Source of the DNA: Nitrososphaerota archaeon
GTDB lineage: Archaea; Thermoproteota; Nitrososphaeria; Conexivisphaerales; UBA164
Direction: 5' to 3'
Assembly: GCA_009903795.1 (NCBI GenBank)
Contig: WYER01000019.1
Location: forward strand, 9,395-73,394
Length of the DNA: 64,000 bases
The translations under genes and the position numbers were made by a program. This document shows positions 40,452-50,017 of this stretch, in pieces; within the stretch, counting starts at the first letter, position 1; each line of letters begins with the position of its first letter. The notes beneath the pieces are model-generated. The model was given only the letters and a program-made list of their open reading frames with translations, made no database searches and was not told the DNA's origin.

Positions 40452-43178
40452 TTAAAATAAATCATAGATATAATCGTGAATTTGCAGAATTTTTCTTGAT
40501 ATTTTCCTTCTCTTAACAGCCTTTACTAGCTCCTCTCTTGATGGGTTTCCGTATTTATCCCTATAAACCGGATTTAGGTTCTTATCCAAGTAATATATTG
40601 CGTCAAGTAGCTTTTGTCTTGTTTTTGTATCTTTATCAGCTAAAGAGAATAGAACTCTAGCGCTGTGCTGAATGTATTTGGGAGAGAATATTTGTCTTTT
40701 AAGTATGTCCATTATTGTAAGAGCTTCCCTACGGTCAAACATTGGTTCGTTTGCTTTTATTATTTCTAGAGCTTGTTTGTACTTAAGCCCAAGTTTTCTA
40801 GATATGTTTCTCGCAGCTTCGTTCAGAGTGATCTTTTTTTCATATGTCGGTTCTTTGCCATAAGCTTTTGAAACAAAATCTTGTACTGCTTGTATATTCT
40901 TACTTATCTTCAGCATATTATCAGTATACTGAAATCCAAGAAGGCTTGCTATCTTTTTAAAGGCGCTTTCGTCAAGCGAGTTATAAAGAACTATTTCCTT
41001 TAAAACGTCATCGAGCTTTTGTATTATTTCTTCATACGTTTTGCCCCCGTCTAAGCCTATCTTAATTATTGCTAACCTATAAGCTACTAACCTATCGTAA
41101 TCTTTGTAAAACTCTGTAGTCCATTTATAATGCTGCTCCCAAATTTTTTCGAACATTTGCTTATCAAAAGTTGTTCCAGCCTTTATATGGTACACATCTT
41201 CATCTGGTATTACTCCGTCCTTTGTAAGCTTAGGCCCTTTTATTGACCCATCCTTTGTAACTTTCGCGCCGTTGTTAGCAAGAGTCCAGAGCCAAGAAAC
41301 GAATATCCTGTAAGTAGCAAGATCGTTCATAAACCTTACGAGCCTGTTAGCAAAGGCTTTGTAATCGTCTATTGCTGCCGCAAGGTTTCCGTTAAGTACC
41401 TGAAAGCCATAGTTTGCTGCCATGTAAAATGCATGCTGTATGTTTTCAACAGTTACGTCTCCTTCTTGTATATCGTAAAGGCTGTTCCAAAGATCTTTTC
41501 CCCTCCAAAGTTTTTCTGATGCAATGAACTTTTCAGGCGTTTCGAACATATCTCTTGTTACTATCCACGGAGTTATTTTGCCGTTTTCATCTATAAGCCC
41601 AAGGCTGTAAAAAAGCTTCTTTTCGTCTTCCGTTAATCCGCTCTCAACCTTCGGAGCTACCTTTTCACCGTTTTGTTCTTCCCAAATAACAGGAGCATCT
41701 AACATTTTTTGCAGCTCTAATATGCCGGCCCTTAAGGGCCCGTTCCCTGCTGCAACGTACTGTTCATCAGGGGATGCCACCCAGCTCTGTCTGTACGCAT
41801 CGTACAGCTTCCCTTTTACTGTTCCTTTTATAATATCATCTAACGTTACTTTTTTACCAGAAACGTCTTCTTCAGGAACAAAGATAAGGCCTATCAACCT
41901 CTCCCTTAATTTATCAAGCTTCATTGCTCTTAATGTTACTGCGTTGTGCCTGTACCTACTGTATGCGTCAGATTTCTGATACAGCATAACAGCTGCCATT
42001 CCACCTATAGGTGCACCGCTCTTCAGCTCACCATCCTTTACGCCTGCCATCACGTTTAACAGAGCGTTGTACCTTTGATAAGCCATCATATGAGGTGAAA
42101 CCATTCCCATACGAGAGTTATTCTGTGGGTCTGAAAGGATCCTCTCGTTCTTCCACATTTCGATCAAGCTCGCAGTATAGTCCCACCTACCTACGTTTGT
42201 CCCTATCAACCAGTACCTCCAGGTCCACATTATTGCGGGAAGGTGCCTACCAGCGTTTCCCTCTTCATAAAGAGCCTTAAACTTAATGAGACTTCCTGGC
42301 TTTTCAGCTCCCATCAACCTCTCTAACTTCCAGATCGCTTTTGCTATCATAAAAGCTTCCTGTGGGGTTTGAGTCTTTGGTATGTAGAATAACAACATCC
42401 TTCCAGATTTATTTAGCGAGTCAAAATCATTTAACGCGTGTATTACCATATCAACTATAAAAGAAGGGGCTGGTTTCCCGTCTATTTTAACGTTAAAAGT
42501 TAATAGATGGATTCCGGGTATCCTGTGAAAGCTAGCGGGCCATTTTTCCATTGGTTTCTGTATTTTGTAGACTCTAAGTTGACCCTTTTTCATCATCTTG
42601 ACTTCAAGCAGCTGACCTGCAAGTATCTTCTTTTCGTTTAACCTAGATTCAAAGAGAGGTATTGAAGATCTATCTCTGCTATTGTAAGGTATGTAGTCTG
42701 GGGGAGCAGCATCTTCGTCATCAGGTCCCATAGTAGCCGCAACATCAGCGTTTATCTGTTTTATCGCCATGTCTGGAGGGTTCCAAGGACCAGTTATTTC
42801 GAGTCCAGGGTTCTTAAGCGGATGCGCGTAATCTGGTATAGGTACCACATCGTTCAAACGCCATGCAAGCTGAGTTTTCTTTCCCAAAAAATTATCGATC
42901 AGCCCCTGAACTATTTCCCTGTAAGTCCTCTTTTCCCCAGTAACTGGATCTTCATAAACTTCGTCCAATTTTGGTATTGAATATTTTTCCCTTACTTTGA
43001 GCGGAGAGTCAAGAATTTCTCTCCTCTTTTTTAGTGAGGCTTCCCAGAGGTCCTTCACTTCATCGTAGACTTGGGCTATAACGTCTTCAACAACAAGCTT
43101 TCTACCGTTTACGGTTTTTTCGCCAAAAAGCTCAGAATACTTCTTAATTACTTTTCTAGAAAGTTTTACTCTTTCCAA
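40452..43178 (-). CDS. Malate synthase, long archaeal (Sulfolobales-like) type
   Basis: LEITGP, DDEDA, FYIPKTQ, LYEE, NVGRWDY, PIGGMAA, DKLRE, MNDLATYRI, YIQHSARVL. Confidence 0.82.
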   Translation of the reverse strand: MERVKLSRKVIKKYSELFGEKTVNGRKLVVEDVIAQVYDEVKDLWEASLKKRREILDSPLKVREKYSIPKLDEVYEDPVTGEKRTYREIVQGLIDNFLGKKTQLAWRLNDVVPIPDYAHPLKNPGLEITGPWNPPDMAIKQINADVAATMGPDDEDAAPPDYIPYNSRDRSSIPLFESRLNEKKILAGQLLEVKMMKKGQLRVYKIQKPMEKWPASFHRIPGIHLLTFNVKIDGKPAPSFIVDMVIHALNDFDSLNKSGRMLLFYIPKTQTPQEAFMIAKAIWKLERLMGAEKPGSLIKFKALYEEGNAGRHLPAIMWTWRYWLIGTNVGRWDYTASLIEMWKNERILSDPQNNSRMGMVSPHMMAYQRYNALLNVMAGVKDGELKSGAPIGGMAAVMLYQKSDAYSRYRHNAVTLRAMKLDKLRERLIGLIFVPEEDVSGKKVTLDDIIKGTVKGKLYDAYRQSWVASPDEQYVAAGNGPLRAGILELQKMLDAPVIWEEQNGEKVAPKVESGLTEDEKKLFYSLGLIDENGKITPWIVTRDMFETPEKFIASEKLWRGKDLWNSLYDIQEGDVTVENIQHAFYMAANYGFQVLNGNLAAAIDDYKAFANRLVRFMNDLATYRIFVSWLWTLANNGAKVTKDGSIKGPKLTKDGVIPDEDVYHIKAGTTFDKQMFEKIWEQHYKWTTEFYKDYDRLVAYRLAIIKIGLDGGKTYEEIIQKLDDVLKEIVLYNSLDESAFKKIASLLGFQYTDNMLKISKNIQAVQDFVSKAYGKEPTYEKKITLNEAARNISRKLGLKYKQALEIIKANEPMFDRREALTIMDILKRQIFSPKYIQHSARVLFSLADKDTKTRQKLLDAIYYLDKNLNPVYRDKYGNPSREELVKAVKRRKISRKILQIHDYIYDLF

Positions 43179-43202
43179 TTTTAAATTAAATTAGAAATGG
43201 AA

Positions 43203-43210
43203 TTATATAA
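43203..43210 (-). promoter_or_regulatory. TATA box of the malate synthase gene (leaderless geometry)
   Basis: TTTATATA 25-32 nt upstream of the TTG at 43178, preceded by purine-rich AAAAGG (BRE-like). Confidence 0.6.
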
Positions 43211-43286
43211 ACCTTTTAGCGCACAAACAGATTATTCACACGCTAAACTTTTTATTGTATGTAAAATCGAGATTTTCAATATATGG

Positions 43287-44390
43287 TTAAGCTTTCTTTT
43301 TGCTATTAAGTTTATATAAAATAAGCAGAAAAAGCAAAGATAAAATAGATGAAAGCACCATTAGGAACCATCCATAAAATATACTTTTCTCTGATACGTA
43401 TCCTATGCCGATACTTCCTATGAGGCCACCTATGTTTTTTCCCGTATAAAGTATGCTAGTAAGAGAAGCAGAATAAGCTTCACCCATATAGTCTCCTACA
43501 AGTGCAAAGAACAGCGGGATCAAAGAGCCCCCGAGGAAGCCTATGAGTAATTCAGGCAACAGTGGGACGTTAAGAGCTCCAAGTATTCCTGCTAACATTA
43601 ATATGCTCAAAGATATAAAAATAGTCTTTATCCTCCCGATCGTATCAGAAAATCTACCCATAAATGGCCTTCCGAGACCGCTCATTAAAGGAAAAGTGAT
43701 TATTGCTATAAGCAGGGAGTAACCGCTTCTCAAAATAAAGAGGCTTGATGAGAGAGAAATCAAAGGAACAGTCCCAAGAGAATATGAGAGATAAATCAGC
43801 AGAAATGGCAAAGTAAAGACTGCTTCACGAGGTCTTTTTCCGCTAAGTTTTTCCGGGTATGAAAGGTTCATTACAAGGAGAGGCAAAATTATGATTTCAA
43901 GAAAAAACATTATGACGCTTATCTCCTGAAGGCTGTGAATGCCCAGAAACACAGGGTTGAAGATCATTGCGCCAGCTCCGAAACCAAGAGAGACAATGCC
44001 AACAGCAAGACCTCTGTTGTCCTTGTGCCATTTTAAAGCTGAGTTTGTAGCTATACCGTAAAGTATCCCTTCGCCAGCGGAACCTCCGGCCCAGAGCAGG
44101 AACCTAAAAAGCAGATTTATGTCTTTCATAAATGCTATGTAACCTGCGGCAGAGAAGACAGCCGCTATCAAGCCAATTGACCTCGGGCCTTTTATATCAG
44201 AAATATAACCTCCAAGAATCTGAAGAAAAGTGCTCATAAAAACAAAAATAAAGAACATGACTTCCGTTATCATGACCGATAAACCGTAATATTTTGCCAG
44301 ATACATCGCGAAGACGTTCCATGAGTACTGGTAAACTGAATTGAAAAGCATTATTACAAGTGCAGAAACCAGTATTCGTTTCTTTAACAA
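43287..44390 (-). CDS. MFS transporter, oxalate:formate antiporter (OFA) family-like
   Basis: FNSVYQYSWNVF, GGYISDIKGPR, RGLAVGIVSLGFGAG, GRFSDTIGR. Confidence 0.8.
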   Translation of the reverse strand: MLKKRILVSALVIMLFNSVYQYSWNVFAMYLAKYYGLSVMITEVMFFIFVFMSTFLQILGGYISDIKGPRSIGLIAAVFSAAGYIAFMKDINLLFRFLLWAGGSAGEGILYGIATNSALKWHKDNRGLAVGIVSLGFGAGAMIFNPVFLGIHSLQEISVIMFFLEIIILPLLVMNLSYPEKLSGKRPREAVFTLPFLLIYLSYSLGTVPLISLSSSLFILRSGYSLLIAIITFPLMSGLGRPFMGRFSDTIGRIKTIFISLSILMLAGILGALNVPLLPELLIGFLGGSLIPLFFALVGDYMGEAYSASLTSILYTGKNIGGLIGSIGIGYVSEKSIFYGWFLMVLSSILSLLFLLILYKLNSKKKA

Positions 44391-44501
44391 TGCTAAATGA
44401 TGAAGTAAATAAATTAATAACTTTTATGCCGGATAAAAACCTAGGTAGTTCACTTTTATAAAACAGGAGGGCACAAATAACAGTTAAAGTAAATTAACGG
44501 C

Positions 44502-44968
44502 ATGAAAGTTAATATACACGCGATAGTTTTTGAAAAAGGTTGCTTTTGATCTGGCATAACTCAAAACCGCTTCTGATAGTTAAGAACAAGGGAAAATTTT
44601 ACGCTATGGAAGCAATATGCGCTCATATGGGTTGTGCTTTATTAAGTGAAGTAAACAGAACCACAGCAGTTTGTCCTGCACACTGCGCCAAGTACGATGT
44701 AAGAATAGGAGAACTTATAGTGAAGCCGGTCGTTAAATCTGAAGTCCCATGTGAATCCGAAAGTCTCAAGATTCCATTGAAGACTTACAATGTTTCCGTT
44801 TCAGTCGACGGTTTTCTGGAAATAAGTCCATTAAATATTTTTAATAAAGAGATTCCGAAACCTTTCTTTAAACCTGTTTCCGTTTATTGGTTTGAAGTAT
44901 ATCCTATAAAGGAAATCTTTGCGGTATTCCAGGAAAAATGCACCCCTCATGGTCCCCGGTTTCGTTAA
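44502..44968 (+). pseudogene. Rieske [2Fe-2S] ferredoxin-like gene, probably decaying
   Basis: CAHMGC and CPAHCAKYD Rieske boxes; likely ATG at 44502 is out of frame with the main ORF (shift near 44539); the C-terminus runs on past KTYNV..LEI into a tail that does not look like Rieske sequence. Confidence 0.55.
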
Positions 44969-45297
44969 AATCCTTACATGACTCTGTCTGATGAAGGGAA
45001 TATCTTAATGTATTTAAAAGATTCTGCAGACGCATTATTTATTGAGATACAAATTAAAGGCTTTTTCATATCCTTGAATTGTTTGCAGCATTTATCTCGA
45101 GTTTATCTTTCAGAGCTTTAAGCAGAGTTTATACAGCTAGCCAATTTCCTGTTGGGCTCTATTATCTTGCTTATGCCCTAAAACATTAAAAATGATAAAG
45201 CCGCTAATAAATTTTCTTGTAAAGATGATGCATTATAACTTGCGGGACTACTGAAAACCGCAAAATTGATAAATTACATAATATATGCTAAATAATT

Positions 45298-46560
45298 GTG
45301 TATTCAGAAGGCAGGTCATTCTTAGATGTACTTAATACTCCATCGTACGTAAGCTTAGTTGAAGGCAAACCTGGATCTGGAAAAACTACCATAGCCCTTG
45401 CAGCGTGCGCACAAAAAGGAAGTTGTACTTATATTTCTTACTCTGAACCTGAAGCTTCTATTATAAAAAAGATGAAGCTTGTTGATCCAGATTTCAAAGG
45501 AAAGCTTTCTGTAGTAAGCATTATGACTGGAAATCCAGCAAATGTTTTTTCTACAATCTCCGATGCGCTAAGCAAAGGTGAAATTGTAACTGTTGATTCG
45601 CTCGACGCAATGTTTTATGGCATAAATGGTGAACAAGAAATCAGACCATTCCTTCAGCTAATATATGGCACGGCAAAGGTAAAACAAGGTTCCCTTGTAT
45701 TGATTTCGGAGGGACTTAACCCTGCATCTAACCAGGTCAGGTTTGTGGCAGACGCCTTAATAAGCGTTGATTATGAAGATATATTAGGAGGCAAGGCTAG
45801 AAGAGTTTCAATTGTCAAGGACAGAGATTTTTACATAGAAAATCCTTACAGTTATTTTACAATGGGTAAAAGGCTTGCAATATTAAGACCTCTTGATAGA
45901 CAAAATCTACAATATCCTTCCAAAGTCGAGCTTCTGCCTAGGCCCCCTGAGGCAATGCCGGAGTACGAGCTTAATGTCACAATAAATGTTGTTACCGAAG
46001 TGAAAAGAACAGTTGACTTCTCAATCTATAGCCTGTACAAATTATGGGTCGCCGCTGATCTGCTATTAAGAGGGTACCCGGTAAACTATGTAATTAGCCC
46101 ATTTGAAAGCGTTGACAGCGTTACTAAAACACTAGAAAAAATGACCGGCGGATCCATAAAAAGGTTGAATGTGCTCAAATTTGATCCGCATGGATTGGAA
46201 AAAGATGTGCGGAGCTATGTTAAAATGGCATCGGATTCTTATTTATCAGTTGGAGCTAGGGCTTTTGTAATAGTAGATCTACTTTCATACGAGGATCTTG
46301 CGGTTAGGAACCCAGCAATTTATGAACAGTTTTTGAAAGAAGTAACAGAAATTGATTCAAAAAATGGCATATCGGCGCTTCTCTTCGGTTATGAAGGGTT
46401 TGAATCCATTAGAATAGAAAAAAAGTACGCTGCTTCTATAAGGGAAATGGACTTTCGGAACGGAACGCTGTTCTGGAGAAGCATAACACCTCAGGGATCT
46501 CTATATGCTCTTGAGTTCAAATTAAATGAAGGTAAAGTAGATTTTATCAGGGTAGTTTAG
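45298..46560 (+). CDS. KaiC/GvpD-like RecA-superfamily ATPase with a second, degenerate domain
   Basis: VEGKPGSGKTT Walker A, VTVDSLD Walker B, LVLISE, FVADALISV; the C-terminal half repeats the fold without a P-loop. Confidence 0.78.
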   Translation: MYSEGRSFLDVLNTPSYVSLVEGKPGSGKTTIALAACAQKGSCTYISYSEPEASIIKKMKLVDPDFKGKLSVVSIMTGNPANVFSTISDALSKGEIVTVDSLDAMFYGINGEQEIRPFLQLIYGTAKVKQGSLVLISEGLNPASNQVRFVADALISVDYEDILGGKARRVSIVKDRDFYIENPYSYFTMGKRLAILRPLDRQNLQYPSKVELLPRPPEAMPEYELNVTINVVTEVKRTVDFSIYSLYKLWVAADLLLRGYPVNYVISPFESVDSVTKTLEKMTGGSIKRLNVLKFDPHGLEKDVRSYVKMASDSYLSVGARAFVIVDLLSYEDLAVRNPAIYEQFLKEVTEIDSKNGISALLFGYEGFESIRIEKKYAASIREMDFRNGTLFWRSITPQGSLYALEFKLNEGKVDFIRVV

Positions 46561-46561
46561 A

Positions 46562-46855
46562 ATGCCAAGAAAGAGCTCAAAAGATCTTTTAAAAAGGGTT
46601 GTTGAAGAAACTTTGGCTGAATACGGGGGAGAGCCAGTTAAGAACGCTGTCATCTTTTACCTTACAAAAATGCATGGTATAAGGCCTGAAGACGTTATAC
46701 AAAAACCAGAAGAGTTCGTTAAGGCTCTGAACGATATTTACGGTTCGTTTGAAAAGATCATAGAAACGGTGTTGTGTGAAAAGATTGCAAAGATCTACGG
46801 TTTAAACTGTAAAAATGGGTTTATTGAACTAATAAAAGAGCTAAAAAAGAAATGA
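46562..46855 (+). CDS. Small helical DUF3227/NitrOD5-like protein
   Basis: VEETL...AVIFYL...EDVIQKPEEFVKALNDIYG..EKIIE pattern; 1 nt downstream of the KaiC-like gene. Confidence 0.6.
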   Translation: MPRKSSKDLLKRVVEETLAEYGGEPVKNAVIFYLTKMHGIRPEDVIQKPEEFVKALNDIYGSFEKIIETVLCEKIAKIYGLNCKNGFIELIKELKKK

Positions 46856-46993
46856 TTAACAAAAAGATTTTAATTGTTTTAAAGTAATATTGCGTTAAAT
46901 TTAAAGTAATTGAAAAAACTTGTACAAATATATCTGAAAATGAAACATTAATAATGCTTATGATAAAATATTCATTAAAATAATAAATAAATT

Positions 46994-48400
46994 TTAAGAT
47001 ATCTTTGCGGCTTCTTCTAAACTCTTTTTTGCAAGCTCAGGTCCTAATACTATTTCAGCGAATGCCCCTATAAGCATCACGATGCCAGTTATGACAAATA
47101 TTGGCAGAAGCCCAGAAATTTTTCCAACAAAGGAAGCCAAGGCGAACGGAGCAATTATTCCGCCAAGCCTTCCAAATCCTACTGCTGTCCCCATTGCTGA
47201 ACCCCTTGCTTTTGTAGGAAACATTTCGCCTATCTGCGGGTACAGGACGCCTGCAGCTGCATAAACGAAGAAATACATAAGCACTAGCAGAACAAGGAAA
47301 GCTGAAAACGATATTGCTGTCACAATCAGGCCGATTATTATGGAAATAATTCCTCCTAGTCCGTAGGATAGGGTTATCGTTGGCCTTCTTCCAATTATAT
47401 CAAGAGCCCATGACATAACGAAGACACCAAGCACGCCTGCCCCTGTCATAGCTGCAAGGAACAGTGCAACCTTTGACCCAGGAAAATCGAAGACCTTTGT
47501 CAGCGCAAGCGAGATAACTGAAAAAGCTGAATAGTATGGCCAAGTCTCCGTAAAATTAAGCGTCCAAGCCAATATCAGCCTTTTTTTATATTCACCGAAA
47601 AGCCTTCTGTAACCACCTGCTTCTGACCCCTTGCTGAAATCAAGCTCTATGGGCTGTACTGGCTCTAGCTTTAAGCCTTTTTCAGTAGCATGCTTTTCAA
47701 CACTCTCTGCTATTTTCTCAGCTTCTTCAACCCTTCCTTTTGATAGCAGATATCTTGGTGACTCAGGCAATCCTATCCTGCCCACATATATTGCGGCTGC
47801 AATAACAACGCCAACAAGAAATGCAGTTCCAACAGCAAGTGAAGTTGGCAGTAAAGAAAGCAAAAGGGCAGCAACTAGCGATGCAACTACTGTACCCAAG
47901 TCAAAAAGCACAGCATTACCTGTTCCCGTAAAAAGTCCTCTAATCTTTGCTGGAGTAAACTCCTGCAAAGCTGCTATAGAAGCCCCAAACTCTCCTCCTA
48001 CCCCGAACCCGGTAATAGCCCTGAGAGTTACAAACAGAGCATAGTTAAGCCCGTGTACTATGAAAAGTATTCCTACAAGGACGTCGCCAGTCATTATTAT
48101 AGCTAGGCTTGTAAGAAAAAGCGTTTTTCTCCCTTTATTATCCGCTAGGTACCCAAGTATAACAGCCCCAAAAAGTTCACCTATAAGAAATATAGGGGTA
48201 ACAGCCAGAGCTTCTATAGTGCTGAGATGGAGCAGTTTTTCTATCGTTCCTAGCTGAGTACCAGCTATGCTTACTGTAAAGCCTTCCAAAAATAGTCCGC
48301 TTCCAAGTATGAAAATGTAATAGTGCCAGCGAGTTATAGGAACCCTGTCAAGCCGTGGAGGGATGTCAGTTATTACCTTCCCTTCTTCTTGCTTTGACAT
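46994..48400 (-). CDS. MFS transporter (sugar / aromatic acid:H+ symporter-like)
   Basis: RLDRVP, GYLADNKGRK, RAITGFGVGGE, EFTPAKIRG, PESPRYL, EMFPTKARG. Confidence 0.88.
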   Translation of the reverse strand: MSKQEEGKVITDIPPRLDRVPITRWHYYIFILGSGLFLEGFTVSIAGTQLGTIEKLLHLSTIEALAVTPIFLIGELFGAVILGYLADNKGRKTLFLTSLAIIMTGDVLVGILFIVHGLNYALFVTLRAITGFGVGGEFGASIAALQEFTPAKIRGLFTGTGNAVLFDLGTVVASLVAALLLSLLPTSLAVGTAFLVGVVIAAAIYVGRIGLPESPRYLLSKGRVEEAEKIAESVEKHATEKGLKLEPVQPIELDFSKGSEAGGYRRLFGEYKKRLILAWTLNFTETWPYYSAFSVISLALTKVFDFPGSKVALFLAAMTGAGVLGVFVMSWALDIIGRRPTITLSYGLGGIISIIIGLIVTAISFSAFLVLLVLMYFFVYAAAGVLYPQIGEMFPTKARGSAMGTAVGFGRLGGIIAPFALASFVGKISGLLPIFVITGIVMLIGAFAEIVLGPELAKKSLEEAAKIS

Positions 48401-48685
48401 AAATATCGTTGTGTTTTTTTTTTGCAGATATAAACCTATCTTTTTTAGTCTTTATAAAATATATAAAATAAAAATGTAATACTAATAATTTATTAGTTTA
48501 TCTGTCTTTTTATCGTAGAAAAGCATTTTATCTTCTACAAATCTAATCTTTATGCCCATTCGTGCTTAAGCTTTACCAGCTCTGCGTACTGGGCTGTAAG
48601 CTTCGTGTTGCCCACTTTTATTTCCAGATAAGTTACAGCTCTCATGGGTTCAACATCGCTATTCAGAACTGTGAGGTGTTCAGCA

Positions 48686-49948
48686 TTAACCTTTGTTTCT
48701 GATCTCTTCTATGACCTTCTTTGCAGTATCAAAGTTGATGCTGTTAAGTTCTATCATCCTGTTAACCACAGTGTCAATTTCTTCTAACCTAGCTCCAGCG
48801 CTCAGTGCCAAACTTCTTGCATGAAGTTTCATATGTCCCTTCTGAATTCCTTCAGTTACGAGGGCGAGCAACGCAGCAAAGTTTTGAGCAAGGCCTACCG
48901 ATGCCATTATCTCTGCAAGCTCTTTTGAAGTTGGATTGCCCATGAGCTTTAAGGCTATCTTGTTAACCTTGTTAAGCCCTACTGAACCTCCTACAGTAGC
49001 AACCTGCAACGGTAGCTCGATCTGCCCAACCACATAATTTCCTTCTATCCTGTAATCCGTCAAAGGCTGATATTTCCCTGTTCTTGATGCGTATGAATGG
49101 GCTCCAGCTTCGATAGCTCTGGTGTCGTTGTTTATTGCGTTTGCAATAGCTATTATCCCGTTCATTATGCCTTTGTTGTGAGTAACAGCCCTGAACACGT
49201 CTGCTTTTGCCAGGTTATAAGCGTAAATCAAATCCATAGCTACGCGATCCCCATCCTTTCCGAGCTCCTCGATCGGGAATTTTGCTCTTGCCCTTGCAAT
49301 CCTCTTCAAAGCGTAGTTTGAAAGTATGCGCAACAAGTACCTTCCTTTTACAAGGTCAGCTATGTAAGGCGCGAGGCCCTCCGCAACTGTATCTATTGTG
49401 TTTGCACCCATCGCATCAAGTACGTGAACATAAAAGTAAAGCTCCAACATCTCCCCTACATCAGTATAAAGGACTTTTAAGTCGAACCCCTCAAAACCTC
49501 CAGCTTTCTTTATTATTTCTGGAAGCATCTCATTTGCCATTCTTTTTATGTTTTCTCTCTGTTCCATCACCTTGTGAACTGCTTCGTTTATGTCCTTAAT
49601 CTCAACAAACTGTATTGTTCCGATCATTATTGGTTCATCAGCTTCTGCAGTAAATCCTCCTCCGCTCCTAGCTATCTTAGCTGCTTTGCTTGCAGCAGCA
49701 ACAACTGAAGGTTCTTCAAGCGACATCGGCACAAGCACGTCTTTTCCGTTGATCAAAAAGTTGGTCGCTATGCCAAGCGGGTAAGAAATAATACCTATTA
49801 CATTTTCTATCATCTTGTCAGCTACGGAAATTTCAAGACCTCCACTATTTAAACTCTGGATATCTTCGTCTGTCAGATAGCCTAACTTTTTTAAAAGCTC
49901 TCTCCTTTCTTCTATGCTCATCTTATAAAAACCGCTTATGCTCGACAT
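48686..49948 (-). CDS. mvaA: HMG-CoA reductase, class II (bacterial/degradative type)
   Basis: ENVIG, VPMSLEEPSVVAAAS, DAMGANTID, THNKGIMNG, NDTRAIEAGAH, GLAQNFAAL, GIQKGHMKLH. Confidence 0.92.
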   Translation of the reverse strand: MSSISGFYKMSIEERRELLKKLGYLTDEDIQSLNSGGLEISVADKMIENVIGIISYPLGIATNFLINGKDVLVPMSLEEPSVVAAASKAAKIARSGGGFTAEADEPIMIGTIQFVEIKDINEAVHKVMEQRENIKRMANEMLPEIIKKAGGFEGFDLKVLYTDVGEMLELYFYVHVLDAMGANTIDTVAEGLAPYIADLVKGRYLLRILSNYALKRIARARAKFPIEELGKDGDRVAMDLIYAYNLAKADVFRAVTHNKGIMNGIIAIANAINNDTRAIEAGAHSYASRTGKYQPLTDYRIEGNYVVGQIELPLQVATVGGSVGLNKVNKIALKLMGNPTSKELAEIMASVGLAQNFAALLALVTEGIQKGHMKLHARSLALSAGARLEEIDTVVNRMIELNSINFDTAKKVIEEIRNKG

Positions 49949-50017
49949 AGCTCTAATATAACAAAAGATGTTTTAATTAACGTTTTTGTCTGAGAAAAAA
50001 GTTAGCTTTTTGACAAA

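Noticed and set aside
44830-45290. Possible acyl-CoA ligase-like remnant on the minus strand, and a partial C/D-box-like ATGATG..CTGA near 45225-45255
   Set aside because: Fragmentary frames; the C box is imperfect and there are no C'/D' boxes
48540-48685. Short open frame after the HMG-CoA reductase gene (EPMRAVTYLEIKVG), TOBE-like
   Set aside because: No credible start and under 50 aa
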